This document shows positions 33,218 to 42,549 of a stretch of DNA of 53,248 nucleotides, piece by piece. Made by a program: the position numbers and the translations under genes. Below the pieces are notes generated by a model. That model saw only the letters and a list, made by a program, of their open reading frames with translations, searched no databases and was not told the DNA's origin. The DNA comes from a virus. Taxonomy: Duplodnaviria > Caudoviricetes. The first letter of the stretch is position 1, and each line of letters starts with the position of its first letter. The stretch lies in IMG/VR virus record IMGVR_UViG_3300049489_000151, positions 1 through 53,248 of that record, one strand, 5' to 3'.

Positions 33218-33369
33218 GGGTTACTCCTAATAGACGGGTTGTTTACAACCCCTCTATTCTAACCTATGTATGCAGTGGCCAGAGGAGGAATCGAACCCCC
33301 AAGCGTTACTCAGGTCATTAGCTAGTGTCGTGCCTACCGGTTAAGACCGAGGAACTAGCAGGATATGCC

Positions 33370-33666
33370 CTACCTAAGACGCACACCCACCGGGCTGGCC
33401 GGGTGTTTGTATTTCATATGCGAAACCAAGGCATCCTTGGCTTGTTTCCGTGTAAGAAGAGGGTTGTGACTTAGCCACACAGAAGGACCGGTACGCCCCT
33501 TCTTAAGGTGGTGTTTCTTGGTTACTTTCCGCTTACCTTCGCACCCGCACACAGGACATCGGTACTGCCATTGCTTTCGGGACATAGGGATCTTGAAGAT
33601 GGGGTTCTGTCTAGCATTAGGTGACTCTGGCTCCACGTCAACGGGGTCAGGAACCTGCAGAGTCAC
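33370..33666 (-). CDS. Zinc-finger protein with N-terminal VPDP motif
   Basis: TLQVPDP; CPVC...HMKYKH. Confidence 0.65.
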   Translation of the reverse strand: MTLQVPDPVDVEPESPNARQNPIFKIPMSRKQWQYRCPVCGCEGKRKVTKKHHLKKGRTGPSVWLSHNPLLTRKQAKDALVSHMKYKHPASPVGVRLR

Positions 33667-34085
33667 GAGTACCCAGCCTCCTTGAGGAGGGTTACGAACT
33701 CACCGAAGGTCATGAGTACGTACTGTTCCCCCATGCGGGTAAACCCAAAGCCAGGGCGCTTAAACACGACGGCAGGAACAGCGGGAGCCCCAACCTCCCA
33801 CTCTTCCGTTTCACTATTGTAGCTGTGGGGGCGAACTTCATCCTGAAACGCTTGCTCTTCTGCCCCTTTCAACCACTCAGACAGCTTGAACGTCTTGGCG
33901 TTCTTGTTCTGAATGATGACCTGTCTACGCCCCCGGTCGAAGCCGTTGTCGATGCCGTTGATATCACCGGTGTCGTACTTGCCCTTGGTAGCGGGGCGGT
34001 ACACGTTTCGGAACCCACGCCCACGTAGGTACTTGATAGTGGCCGTCTCAAAGGCGGTGCCTCTGGCTTTGTTGCGGTTACTCAC
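33663..34085 (-). CDS. Holliday junction resolvase (Hjc-like PD-(D/E)XK)
   Basis: NKARGTAFE...GDI...IIQNKN. Confidence 0.82.
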   Translation of the reverse strand: MSNRNKARGTAFETATIKYLRGRGFRNVYRPATKGKYDTGDINGIDNGFDRGRRQVIIQNKNAKTFKLSEWLKGAEEQAFQDEVRPHSYNSETEEWEVGAPAVPAVVFKRPGFGFTRMGEQYVLMTFGEFVTLLKEAGYS

Positions 34086-34660
34086 AACCTAGGAGCCCCA
34101 GAAACAGCAGCCTCAACAATAGAGATGACGTCAAGCTGAGACAGTTCTACTTCTGACGGTACGGCCTCAGGAGTTACGACTGGTGATACCGCTGAGGATG
34201 CCACGGTGACGGGGGAACCGACTGGGTAGCCGCATGGTGTGCCCCCCACAGAATGGGAGCCAATCGATCCAGGCTCCGTACGAGTGTTATACGTGACGAA
34301 CTCTCCTTGCGGAATAGGAGTGTTAGGGTTGTCGTCAATCCAGCATTCATGCGAGGCCATCCATGCGTCCCCTGCTGCTTTCAGCTCAGCTGCGGTCTGT
34401 ACGGTTGAGTCGTACATGACAATGGGAGCGCCCTGGAATGTCCACGACGGATCTGGTGTCCAACCTGTAGGCATACACACTTCGATAGGTGCGCCCTGGT
34501 AGTCGCCCAAGTAGCAATTAGTCGGGTCCGGTTCAACCGGGGGGCACAGTTCCAGGGGCGCCCCTTGGTAGTCCACTGTCGTGCACTCCTCGGCGTTCCC
34601 GACGCTCGGTACGGCGATAGCCGCAGCGAGCAGAGTAATGGCAGCAATTAGTGTCTTCAT
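34082..34660 (-). CDS. Secreted protein with three (Y/F)QGAP repeats
   Basis: Signal peptide MKTLIAAITLLAAAIA; YQGAPLE, YQGAPIE, FQGAPIV. Confidence 0.8.
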   Translation of the reverse strand: MKTLIAAITLLAAAIAVPSVGNAEECTTVDYQGAPLELCPPVEPDPTNCYLGDYQGAPIEVCMPTGWTPDPSWTFQGAPIVMYDSTVQTAAELKAAGDAWMASHECWIDDNPNTPIPQGEFVTYNTRTEPGSIGSHSVGGTPCGYPVGSPVTVASSAVSPVVTPEAVPSEVELSQLDVISIVEAAVSGAPRL

Positions 34661-34823
34661 GGTGTGTCTCCTTGTGGGTTTGTGGTGGCTTGCTTCATTA
34701 GCTCGTACAAGGATATACCACCCTGCACGGTAAACAACAGCTGGGCATTATGGAACACAAGCAACTGATCCCCATCCCCTTGGGGGACGACGAAGATGCT
34801 TTCAGCGTTACGCTTCTTGAGTT

Positions 34824-34952
34824 TCATAGCGCCTCAGCTCCTCTGCTTGTCGTTCTACCTTGATGATCATACGCATCAGGCGCTCCTGGGCGGGCCGGTA
34901 GAGTCTCCGGTACGTGGACCGTAACGGGAAGAGGGTCAGGTACGACTATCAT
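34824..34952 (-). CDS. 42-aa peptide with N-terminal VPDP motif
   Basis: [10 protein letters not shown]...; ATGA overlaps at both ends. Confidence 0.5.
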   Translation of the reverse strand: MIVVPDPLPVTVHVPETLPARPGAPDAYDHQGRTTSRGAEAL

Positions 34953-35374
34953 GTCTTAGTCCTAATCCATCTAGATATTGTGGCCTGAGGAAACCCAACG
35001 GCGTCACCTATCTCAGCCTGGGTACAACCCACAGCGTATAGGGCAGCTACTAGAGCCACTAGCTCAGGGGTAGACGTTTTCCAAGCAGCTCTCCCCTTGC
35101 CATCCCTGTCGGCTACGTTGTCTTGAGGAGTGCCTAGGAACAGGTGAGATGGCTCTACGCAGGGTGGGTTGTCGCACGTATGACACACCATGAGGCCGTC
35201 TGGTATAGGGCCGAATGACTCGGCCCAAGCCCACCGGCTAGCTACATAATACTTGGTGCCGTCTACCCTACGGACACACTTGCCGTAACCCTCTGGAAAG
35301 CGTGCTCCCCCCCACTCAAGACACCCGGTAGGCGTACGAGTAAGGGGGACGGTGCGAGGTGCCATAGCGATCAC
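34949..35374 (-). CDS. HNH endonuclease with C-terminal HTH
   Basis: CLEW...GYG...[24 protein letters not shown]. Confidence 0.92.
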   Translation of the reverse strand: MIAMAPRTVPLTRTPTGCLEWGGARFPEGYGKCVRRVDGTKYYVASRWAWAESFGPIPDGLMVCHTCDNPPCVEPSHLFLGTPQDNVADRDGKGRAAWKTSTPELVALVAALYAVGCTQAEIGDAVGFPQATISRWIRTKT

Positions 35375-35661
35375 TTAGCCGTGAACGGCCATTCTGTAAT
35401 AGTTCCATTTTGAAGCAGGATGTACATTCCAAGGATAAAGCCCTCAAGCATGAGGATCAGCTCGGTTAGCTGCTCTGACTCCAGTTCCTTCCAGGAGCCG
35501 GTCATCCTGTCTCTGTCGAACGAGGGGCACATCTCTGCGAATGCGTAGCGATCCTCATTGGACATGCCTAGCTCCTTAGCCACAGACATGGCTCGGAGGA
35601 ATTGTGCATGCCTATCAACTGGCGGCTCTTGGGGGGCCCCCCTGGTCACGGTGCGAGTCAC
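35371..35661 (-). CDS. Hypothetical protein
   Basis: GTGA overlap; AAGGAG RBS. Confidence 0.6.
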   Translation of the reverse strand: MTRTVTRGAPQEPPVDRHAQFLRAMSVAKELGMSNEDRYAFAEMCPSFDRDRMTGSWKELESEQLTELILMLEGFILGMYILLQNGTITEWPFTAK

Positions 35662-35852
35662 TGCAACTGCTCCTTGGCTTGCTTTACGACGCCTTCCAGA
35701 GCCTCCTGGACTGTCGAGGCGTAGTGGATAAGAGCCTGCTTGTCTAGACGGGCATCCCATGCCTCCGCCTCCACGTTGCCGTCCATGTCGGAGCCCACTA
35801 CCCAGTCGTAGTTGTTCCTGTCTAGCCAAGCGACCATCTCTTGAATGTCCAT
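35658..35852 (-). CDS. Hypothetical protein
   Basis: GGAGGAG RBS; MDIQEMVAW. Confidence 0.65.
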   Translation of the reverse strand: MDIQEMVAWLDRNNYDWVVGSDMDGNVEAEAWDARLDKQALIHYASTVQEALEGVVKQAKEQLQ

Positions 35853-36076
35853 CAGGACTCCTCCAGTGGGTCTCCGTGCATGTCTACCTCTACGTAGGTA
35901 ACAGTGACCTTGTAGGCTCTTGCTTCCTTGCCTCCGCACTGGCGCATGGCCTGCTTGGCAGAGCCGTAGAAGACCCCCTGGTTGGGGTACGCAAACTGAT
36001 CTGAGTACCAGCTGGAGGACGACGGGTACTGGCCGACGAACCCTTCGGTGATTGGCTTGGGTGAATGTTGACTCAT
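35852..36076 (-). CDS. Hypothetical protein
   Basis: Coupled ORF. Confidence 0.6.
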   Translation of the reverse strand: MSQHSPKPITEGFVGQYPSSSSWYSDQFAYPNQGVFYGSAKQAMRQCGGKEARAYKVTVTYVEVDMHGDPLEES

Positions 36077-36981
36077 GCGGTGAACCCTACACTGACTGGC
36101 GAGTCAAAGCAAGTGCTTTTATAGGAACAGAACACGCAAGGCATCTTGCTCTTCATGGCGTTGTCGATCCTGGGGGGCAGGGTGCCAGCGTCCAGGTGGT
36201 CAATGAGGTCGTCAGCCTTGTCCAGCATCTCATCTACGATGAGGGGGTCGAACTTGATCTGGAACTCCTTGACCTCTTGGGTGGGCTTCCACTCGTAGAT
36301 CACCACGGCGTCGTGGATACCGGTGCAGTGCATGTACAGGTTGATCTGACGGAGGTGTGTAGTGAGGGGGCGCTTGATGCGCTTCCACAGTTCGTCCAGG
36401 TCAGCAGATCCGTTCTCGTACAGCTCGTACATCTTGGGGGCGTCCCATCGAATGGTACCTAGGCCCACGCTCTTGATCTCAATGAGAGCCTTGCCACGGT
36501 CATCGATGATCATGCCGTCTGCATGACCGATGATGCGGTGCTCCTTATCCTCCACTGCTACCTCTGCGTAGCGGATGAGGTGGCCGTCAGCCTCGCACTC
36601 TGGGCATATAACGGGAGACGAGTCAGACCACCACTTGTGGTGACAGATGAGGCACTTCCAATTGCCAGCGAGGATGCCAGCACGCCTCATCCAGTTCTGC
36701 CACTTGTCGTGGATGTTGTTCCCCTCGGCCAAGATGTTGATACGACGGAGGTTGAGGTTCTCAGGGTTGGACTCGGAGTAGTCATTGATCTTGTACCACG
36801 TCTGTCTGATACACCACTTATCCTTGGACATCTCCGATGGATGTAAGTGCTCGGTGTCACGGTGGCTGTTGTGGAGGATCATGTCTTCACGCATGGTCTC
36901 CTCAATGGGGCCGAGCACACGACGGTTCTGCCCCTTGAGATTAGACTTGTACGACTGCTCGTACCACTTGGGGGCGCTCAC
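36073..36981 (-). CDS. Cas4-like PD-(D/E)XK exonuclease
   Basis: HPSEM..C, GHADG, IEIKS, QINLYM, C-terminal CxxC...C. Confidence 0.88.
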   Translation of the reverse strand: MSAPKWYEQSYKSNLKGQNRRVLGPIEETMREDMILHNSHRDTEHLHPSEMSKDKWCIRQTWYKINDYSESNPENLNLRRINILAEGNNIHDKWQNWMRRAGILAGNWKCLICHHKWWSDSSPVICPECEADGHLIRYAEVAVEDKEHRIIGHADGMIIDDRGKALIEIKSVGLGTIRWDAPKMYELYENGSADLDELWKRIKRPLTTHLRQINLYMHCTGIHDAVVIYEWKPTQEVKEFQIKFDPLIVDEMLDKADDLIDHLDAGTLPPRIDNAMKSKMPCVFCSYKSTCFDSPVSVGFTA

Positions 36982-37178
36982 TTAAGACTCCCAGTCTTGA
37001 TGAAGTGCTGCTGCCACTCCACCAGGGAGGGCCCCAACAGCAGGTGCCGCACCTTCTCGTAGTCTTCCATAGTCATACGAGCAACGATGTCAGCAGCCCG
37101 ATCTGGGGTGAGTTTGGTGACCTTCACCTCGTCAATCAATTCAGTCAATGGTTGGGGGTCTGGTACTTCGTGAATCAT
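36978..37178 (-). CDS. Small protein with N-terminal VPDP motif
   Basis: MIHEVPDP; GGGAG RBS; ATGA overlap. Confidence 0.65.
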   Translation of the reverse strand: MIHEVPDPQPLTELIDEVKVTKLTPDRAADIVARMTMEDYEKVRHLLLGPSLVEWQQHFIKTGSLK

Positions 37179-37393
37179 GCGTACTCCCAGGTTCCGTCAG
37201 GATTGATGACAACCATTGTGCTGATACCACCCGGCTGGTAGTCCACGTCAGGGTAGAGGTGTAGCTGCACCTTCTGAGGTGTTATGAACCACCTACGGAA
37301 GGTGTCCTGCTTCTTTAGGTCCACCATGGTCAGCAGCTCTTGGAGGGTGTAGTCGGTGGGCGGGTTGTCGGTCTTCTTGTTCTTTCGTTTCAT
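37175..37393 (-). CDS. Hypothetical protein
   Basis: Coupled ORF. Confidence 0.6.
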   Translation of the reverse strand: MKRKNKKTDNPPTDYTLQELLTMVDLKKQDTFRRWFITPQKVQLHLYPDVDYQPGGISTMVVINPDGTWEYA

Positions 37394-37710
37394 TCTATGC
37401 CTGCTATCTCTAGGAAGTCGTCTTCGTTTAGTGTGACGTAGCGTCTGCCGTTGATATCAACTTGCCATACGGGGATACGACCCTCTAGCACAGCACGCTT
37501 GGTCAGGTCTTGCATGTCCTTGTCTTTGACGCTGAATGACTTGGCGTTGGGGAGCGTCTTGGCCTTGTTCTCAATGAGGAAGTCATGTGCACGTACGTCA
37601 GCCTTCCTGACCCACCCGGCACCTGACATGGCGTTACGAGATCCTTTGTAGGTGTCAGCCGTGCGCTTCTCTTGCCGGTCGGATACCTTCTGAACTGCGG
37701 TCCTACTCAT
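37390..37710 (-). CDS. PD-(D/E)XK nuclease, resolvase-like
   Basis: QEKR...SGAG..KADV...LIENK. Confidence 0.8.
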   Translation of the reverse strand: MSRTAVQKVSDRQEKRTADTYKGSRNAMSGAGWVRKADVRAHDFLIENKAKTLPNAKSFSVKDKDMQDLTKRAVLEGRIPVWQVDINGRRYVTLNEDDFLEIAGIE

Positions 37711-37711
37711 A

Positions 37712-38008
37712 TCAGAGTCGTCCCCAGTCTTCGTTCCTCATCATCTCCATGATCCCAGCTTCCGTATTCTGGATGTAGTCATTCATGGCGTTCCTCATCA
37801 TCTCCATGATCTCAGCTTCCGTATTCTGGATGTAGTCATTCATGTGCATCAAGTTGTACGAGTACTTGCAGCAGCCGTCGTTCATGTAGAAGTCGGGGCC
37901 CCCACATCCGGGACATAGATCCTCTGGGGAGGGTTCTTCGTAGACCTCTAAGATCGGGTCACCTGGGTCGTCAACCAGGTCAACCTCTGGGTCAGGGACG
38001 ATGATCAT
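37712..38008 (-). CDS. Hypothetical protein with N-terminal VPDP motif and internal duplication
   Basis: MIIVPDP; CPGC; duplicated MNDYIQNTEAxIMEMMRN. Confidence 0.65.
   Translation of the reverse strand: MIIVPDPEVDLVDDPGDPILEVYEEPSPEDLCPGCGGPDFYMNDGCCKYSYNLMHMNDYIQNTEAEIMEMMRNAMNDYIQNTEAGIMEMMRNEDWGRL
37732..37844. repeat. 57-bp-period in-frame tandem duplication (2 copies)
   Basis: CGTTCCTCATCATCTCCATGATC(C/T)CAGCTTCCGTATTCTGGATGTAGTCATTCATG x2. Confidence 0.95.
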
Positions 38009-38375
38009 GGTCAAGCTCAATGCCAGCAGCAGCCAGATGAGCCTCCACAGCAGCGAACACGATGTCCCTAGTGCCCTCTAGATCTCCTAAGTGGTCGTAG
38101 GCAAGGTAAGGGTCTCCTGGGGAGGGAGGAGACAGGGGGCCACCGGTAACTGGCCGAGTACGCTTATGGGCTGGAACTGTGCCACCACCAAGGCGAATAG
38201 CGGGGAGGTGCTGGTCTGCCCAGGACTCTTTGCCAGCAAGGATCTCGTCGGAGCGCTGTGCCCACACAAAAGCGGCGAGCTGCAGTGCTGACATATCTCC
38301 AGCGTGTACGGCAGTAGCCATGTATTCCAAGGCCAGCACGCACTGGGTGTAAGGGTCTGGGCGCATGGAAGTCAT
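37992..38375 (-). CDS. Hypothetical protein
   Basis: ATGA overlap with recA stop. Confidence 0.65.
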   Translation of the reverse strand: MTSMRPDPYTQCVLALEYMATAVHAGDMSALQLAAFVWAQRSDEILAGKESWADQHLPAIRLGGGTVPAHKRTRPVTGGPLSPPSPGDPYLAYDHLGDLEGTRDIVFAAVEAHLAAAGIELDHDHRP

Positions 38376-39460
38376 GCTACTTCGGTTTCGACTGCGCTGT
38401 CAAGTTCTTCTTCCACGCCTATCTGCAGACCGAACGAAGGGGGCCCCCCACCCAGGACAGCGTCCATGGCAGCAGTTCGAAGCTCGTCCTGCAGATCAAG
38501 GTCGGCACGAACGTCATCAAAGATAGGAGCCTTACCGTTCCACTTGTAATCACCGTACGAGTACCAAGCACCCTTGCGATCAATGACACCAATAGCCAGA
38601 CACACGTAGACAATGTCCTTGACAAGGTCAAAGTCGCCAGCCTGGAAGCCGTTACCATCAGCAAAGTACACGTCAACCGTGGCCACTTGCTGTGGTCGGT
38701 AGGTCTTGTTCTTCATGACACGACACTTGATGGACTGACCGATGCGATCTTCAATCTTGCTACCATCTGTCAACCACTCGTCCCTGCGAACTTCCATACG
38801 AGTGAAGAAGTAGTAGTTCTTCGCCTTGCCACCGGGAGTTGTGCGGGGGTCTCCATAGGTAACGCCGATCTGGTCACGCCACTGGTTGATAGCGATCATG
38901 GTGCAGGTGCGCTCGTCCTCAGTAAGGGACCGGCGCTGGGCCTTGGCACACTTCTTGAAGAAACGAGAGAGGATCTGTGCCCCCGTAGCAACGGAAGCCT
39001 CATCCATCTTCTTGCTCACCTCGGTAGAGGTGACTAGAGCTGGGAGTGAGTCGATGATCAAGCAGTCTACTGCTCGCTGCTCAATAGCCTTGAGAGCTAG
39101 CTCCAGAGCGGGCTCCATCTCGTTGGTCTCCAACACCCAGAGACGATCCAGGTCTACACCAAACGACGCAGCGTAGGAAGGAACGTACTCCTCTGCTGCG
39201 ATCCACATGCACGTCCAGTCGGGGTCCAAAGACTGGTTGGCAGCTACAGTGCGGTAGCACAGAGCAGTCTTACCAGACGACTCTTCTCCAACGACCTCAT
39301 TCCACTGGTTAGCTGCCCAGCCACCACCCAGAGCTAGGTCGTAAGCGAGGATACCGGTAGTGGTGCGGGGAATCTCTTGGCGGGCGGCGCTGCCCTTGAG
39401 CAGTACTTCTGTGCCGAACTTCTTGTTGATCTCTGCTGCTAGAACGTCTAGTGTTGACAT
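38372..39460 (-). CDS. recA: RecA recombinase
   Basis: GEESSGKT, IIDSLPAL, INQWR, TTPGGKA, VMKNK. Confidence 0.96.
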   Translation of the reverse strand: MSTLDVLAAEINKKFGTEVLLKGSAARQEIPRTTTGILAYDLALGGGWAANQWNEVVGEESSGKTALCYRTVAANQSLDPDWTCMWIAAEEYVPSYAASFGVDLDRLWVLETNEMEPALELALKAIEQRAVDCLIIDSLPALVTSTEVSKKMDEASVATGAQILSRFFKKCAKAQRRSLTEDERTCTMIAINQWRDQIGVTYGDPRTTPGGKAKNYYFFTRMEVRRDEWLTDGSKIEDRIGQSIKCRVMKNKTYRPQQVATVDVYFADGNGFQAGDFDLVKDIVYVCLAIGVIDRKGAWYSYGDYKWNGKAPIFDDVRADLDLQDELRTAAMDAVLGGGPPSFGLQIGVEEELDSAVETEVA

Positions 39461-39492
39461 GTCTTCTTCTTTGTCTTAGGTGTTTGGTTTGA

Positions 39493-39879
39493 TTAGGAAG
39501 TAGCCCAGGTGGACTGGTCTGCTTGAGCAAACCGTCCATTCCACCCGCATTCAAAGCACTTGGGGCTGGGTGACACCATAGTGCCGTCGTTCTTCATGAT
39601 GGCCTGTCCAGCCTGAGAGAACAGGTTACCGCTACCACAGTTAGGGCAGCGACGATCACCGTCCGTCCTCCTAGCGTCACCACCCTTGGAAGAATTGCTA
39701 CTAAGGAATGCAGAAAGGTTAGGTGGAGGTGGTTCTTGTACTGTAGTTGCAGCGGGTGGGGGAGTCGATGGATAGGGCTGCGGAGCGGGGGTGGAGGGAA
39801 CTGCTTGGGGGCCTACCGAGATCCCACGTGCAGGGGGGGTAGTTACCCCCAGACGCCTTGCGTACCAGTCACTGCTCAT
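39493..39879 (-). CDS. Pro-rich protein with C-terminal zinc ribbon
   Basis: SDWYARRLG; CPNCGSGN...CFECG. Confidence 0.75.
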   Translation of the reverse strand: MSSDWYARRLGVTTPPARGISVGPQAVPSTPAPQPYPSTPPPAATTVQEPPPPNLSAFLSSNSSKGGDARRTDGDRRCPNCGSGNLFSQAGQAIMKNDGTMVSPSPKCFECGWNGRFAQADQSTWATS

Positions 39880-40465
39880 CGTCAGACTCCTCCACAGGAG
39901 CAGGTGCGGGGTCGTCGTCGTGCATAGGATCGGGTCCCATAGTTGGAGGGGGCCAAGCGGCGGCAGGCTCAGCAACCATGCGGTTGTCCTGGAGTAGGAC
40001 CTCGTACTCAGCCATGGTGTCTGCGTAGTTATCTGGAGCCTTGATAGGGAGCATTGTCTTTGGGTTGACGTGCACCTCTTCGATCTCTACAGCGTCTAGG
40101 TCGTTGATGGTGATGAGACCAGAGCGATGGAGCGCCTGCAACGCCGCAATCGTGAACGTCATGAGGGTAGCCTGGTGCTGGAGCTTGAACATGTCGGGAA
40201 ACTCGTGACCAACCATCTTCTCCATGGCCCCAACGAACCACTCAGTCTGCTGCTCTACCTGCTCCCCTACACCAAGTACCCTGAGCTTAGCCCAGCTACG
40301 CATAACGTTCTTTGTCTCGGAGAACCGAACGTCCTTGCCAGTGGGAACGAACCCAGCGCTCTCAGCGATCTCCTGCCCGTTCATGGGGTCAAGAGATAGC
40401 AGAAACATACGCTCTTCGTTCTTGAGGCGGTCAATTGTCATGATGTCATCCTTACTTAGCGTCAT
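39869..40465 (-). CDS. Hypothetical protein
   Basis: ORF between polA and the zinc-ribbon gene. Confidence 0.7.
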   Translation of the reverse strand: MTLSKDDIMTIDRLKNEERMFLLSLDPMNGQEIAESAGFVPTGKDVRFSETKNVMRSWAKLRVLGVGEQVEQQTEWFVGAMEKMVGHEFPDMFKLQHQATLMTFTIAALQALHRSGLITINDLDAVEIEEVHVNPKTMLPIKAPDNYADTMAEYEVLLQDNRMVAEPAAAWPPPTMGPDPMHDDDPAPAPVEESDDEQ

Positions 40466-42539
40466 ACCAAGACCCTGCTGAATCGGCGTTGACTTCGATA
40501 GGTATACCCATGATAACAGCTCCATTTCCCATAGCGTTCGCTAGCTCTGACTTCCAGAGTGGTGCATCTTCTGCTGGCACGGATATTACCAGCTCGTCGT
40601 GCACTTGCACAAGCATCTTGCAAGATGGGTACGGCAGCATCTTGTGTACCTTGACCATGGCTGCCTTACAGATCTCTGACGCAGTGCCCTGTACTACGTG
40701 GTTGACCGCCTGCCTCTCGGCTCGGTACACATCGTAGATGTTAGAAGATTGCAGCTCCGGTAGCCTACGACGACGACCTCCTAGAGTCTCTGAGTACCCA
40801 AGGCGGTGAGCAGATTTAGCTACCTCCTTCTTCCAAGCAGTGAGCTGCGAGAAGGTGGAGTCGTACCCTTCGATGACGCTCTCAGCGTGCGCTAATGGGA
40901 TGCCTGCCTTCTCTGCGAGCAGCTTAGCGGTGCCCCCGTACCCGATGAGGAAGTTAGGCATCTTCCCGTAGAGCTGTCGTTCATCTGGGGTGATGTCTTC
41001 GGGGGCCTTGCTGAGGATGGCAGCTGCCGTAGCTGTGTGCAGGTCGTACTGATTCTCAATGAAGATCTGGGACATGGCGGGGTCCTCAGAGAACATGCAC
41101 ATGACTCGCAGTTCGATCTGTGAGTAGTCAGCTACGATGAGTAGGTCGGACGGCTCTGCCACGAACAAGCTACGCACCTTGCCATCACGAGGGATGTTCT
41201 GGAGGTTGGGGTTGCTGGAAGACAACCTTCCAGTTGCAGCCCGGTGTAGGTGGAACTGTGGGTGCAGCCTACTCTTGTTCAGCTGGGGGCGGAGTCCGTC
41301 AACGTACGTGGACTTCATCTTCTTGACCTCCTGCCAACGGAGCATCAGACCAATCAGTGGGTGCTCACCCTTCAACTTCTCCAGTACGGAAGAGTCAGTA
41401 GATGGCTCACCTCCTGGTGTCTTCTTGGTTGGCTTGAGCCCCAGACCTCCCTCGCTCTTCTTGTTGAAGAGCAGGGCACGCTTGTCCACAGTGGAGTCAG
41501 GGTTAAACCCCAAAGGGGCACCCTCATTAGCCATGTCGAGAAGGATCTGGTTCAGCTCCAGCTCCAGCTCCTGGCCTAGCTTCTTCATAGCACGCTGGTT
41601 GACCTGGATGCCGTTCATCTCCATCTGTGCGAGCACAGGGAGCGTGGCCTGGTCAGCAAACGTAGCCTTGAGCAGCTTGGGAACACGACTGATCTTGCGC
41701 CAGAGACGACGGTACATCATCCACGTCCATCGAACGTCAAGGTGTACGTACTCACACGCCAGGCTGAACGGCTCGTAGTTGATGGTCTTGCCCAGCTTGC
41801 CGTGCCTGTGGTATGGGTCGTACTTGTCGAACTCATGAGCGATGATCCCCTGGAGGGAGTACTTCATGAGGTTCTCGTCCATAATGTGCTCAAGGAGCTG
41901 GGTATCTACATATGAACCCTTGGGTAGGCCCCCCAAGTACTTAGCAATCGACTTGCAGTCAAACTTGATGTTGTGTCCGATCTTGACGATCGTCTCGTCC
42001 AAGAAGATAGGTCCTAGTACTTCAAACACCTGTTCCTGAGTGAGCTGAGAGGGAGGGGGAGCAAACACAGGGGGGACGAAGTACTTAGCCTTAGCCATGG
42101 ACTCGTTGCCGTTAGCTAGGATCTTACGGTAGCCCTCGGGGGGCGTAGTGCTACCGTCTCCTATCTCTGCTGGTAGGAGCATCTCACCATTGAGATGCCC
42201 CATTGGTATAGCCCATGACATGTGGTCAACAGCGATGCCTATCCAGAACACCTCGTTACGTAGGGTGTCCACCGCCAGCTCGTCTGTCCAGCGGTCTTCG
42301 ATCGCCTTACGTGAGCGCTCTACAACCTGCGGGTTGTGGGACTTGAGGGTGGCTTTCTTCTCTTCCCACTCCTCATCGATCATGTCAAGCACGTCGCTAT
42401 GTCGTGAGATGTGCCCACGTGTCTCGACGTCGAACACAAACTCACCTGAGTTACGGATAGCTTCGGCTACCTCTTGTAGACCTTCTAGTGTGACGACACA
42501 CGGGGTCGAGAGACCCCGTGTGCCTGCGTAGCTTGTCAC
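40452..42539 (-). CDS. polA: Family A DNA polymerase (3'-5' exo plus polymerase, no 5' nuclease domain)
   Basis: FDVET, GHNIKFD, TGRLSSSNPNLQNIP, ADYSQIELR, QVHDEL. Confidence 0.96.
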   Translation of the reverse strand: MTSYAGTRGLSTPCVVTLEGLQEVAEAIRNSGEFVFDVETRGHISRHSDVLDMIDEEWEEKKATLKSHNPQVVERSRKAIEDRWTDELAVDTLRNEVFWIGIAVDHMSWAIPMGHLNGEMLLPAEIGDGSTTPPEGYRKILANGNESMAKAKYFVPPVFAPPPSQLTQEQVFEVLGPIFLDETIVKIGHNIKFDCKSIAKYLGGLPKGSYVDTQLLEHIMDENLMKYSLQGIIAHEFDKYDPYHRHGKLGKTINYEPFSLACEYVHLDVRWTWMMYRRLWRKISRVPKLLKATFADQATLPVLAQMEMNGIQVNQRAMKKLGQELELELNQILLDMANEGAPLGFNPDSTVDKRALLFNKKSEGGLGLKPTKKTPGGEPSTDSSVLEKLKGEHPLIGLMLRWQEVKKMKSTYVDGLRPQLNKSRLHPQFHLHRAATGRLSSSNPNLQNIPRDGKVRSLFVAEPSDLLIVADYSQIELRVMCMFSEDPAMSQIFIENQYDLHTATAAAILSKAPEDITPDERQLYGKMPNFLIGYGGTAKLLAEKAGIPLAHAESVIEGYDSTFSQLTAWKKEVAKSAHRLGYSETLGGRRRRLPELQSSNIYDVYRAERQAVNHVVQGTASEICKAAMVKVHKMLPYPSCKMLVQVHDELVISVPAEDAPLWKSELANAMGNGAVIMGIPIEVNADSAGSWYDAK

Positions 42540-42549
42540 TCAGTTGACC

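Noticed and set aside
33275-33300. tmRNA 3' end
   Set aside because: No matching tmRNA 5' end with a G3:U70 acceptor and no tag reading frame found
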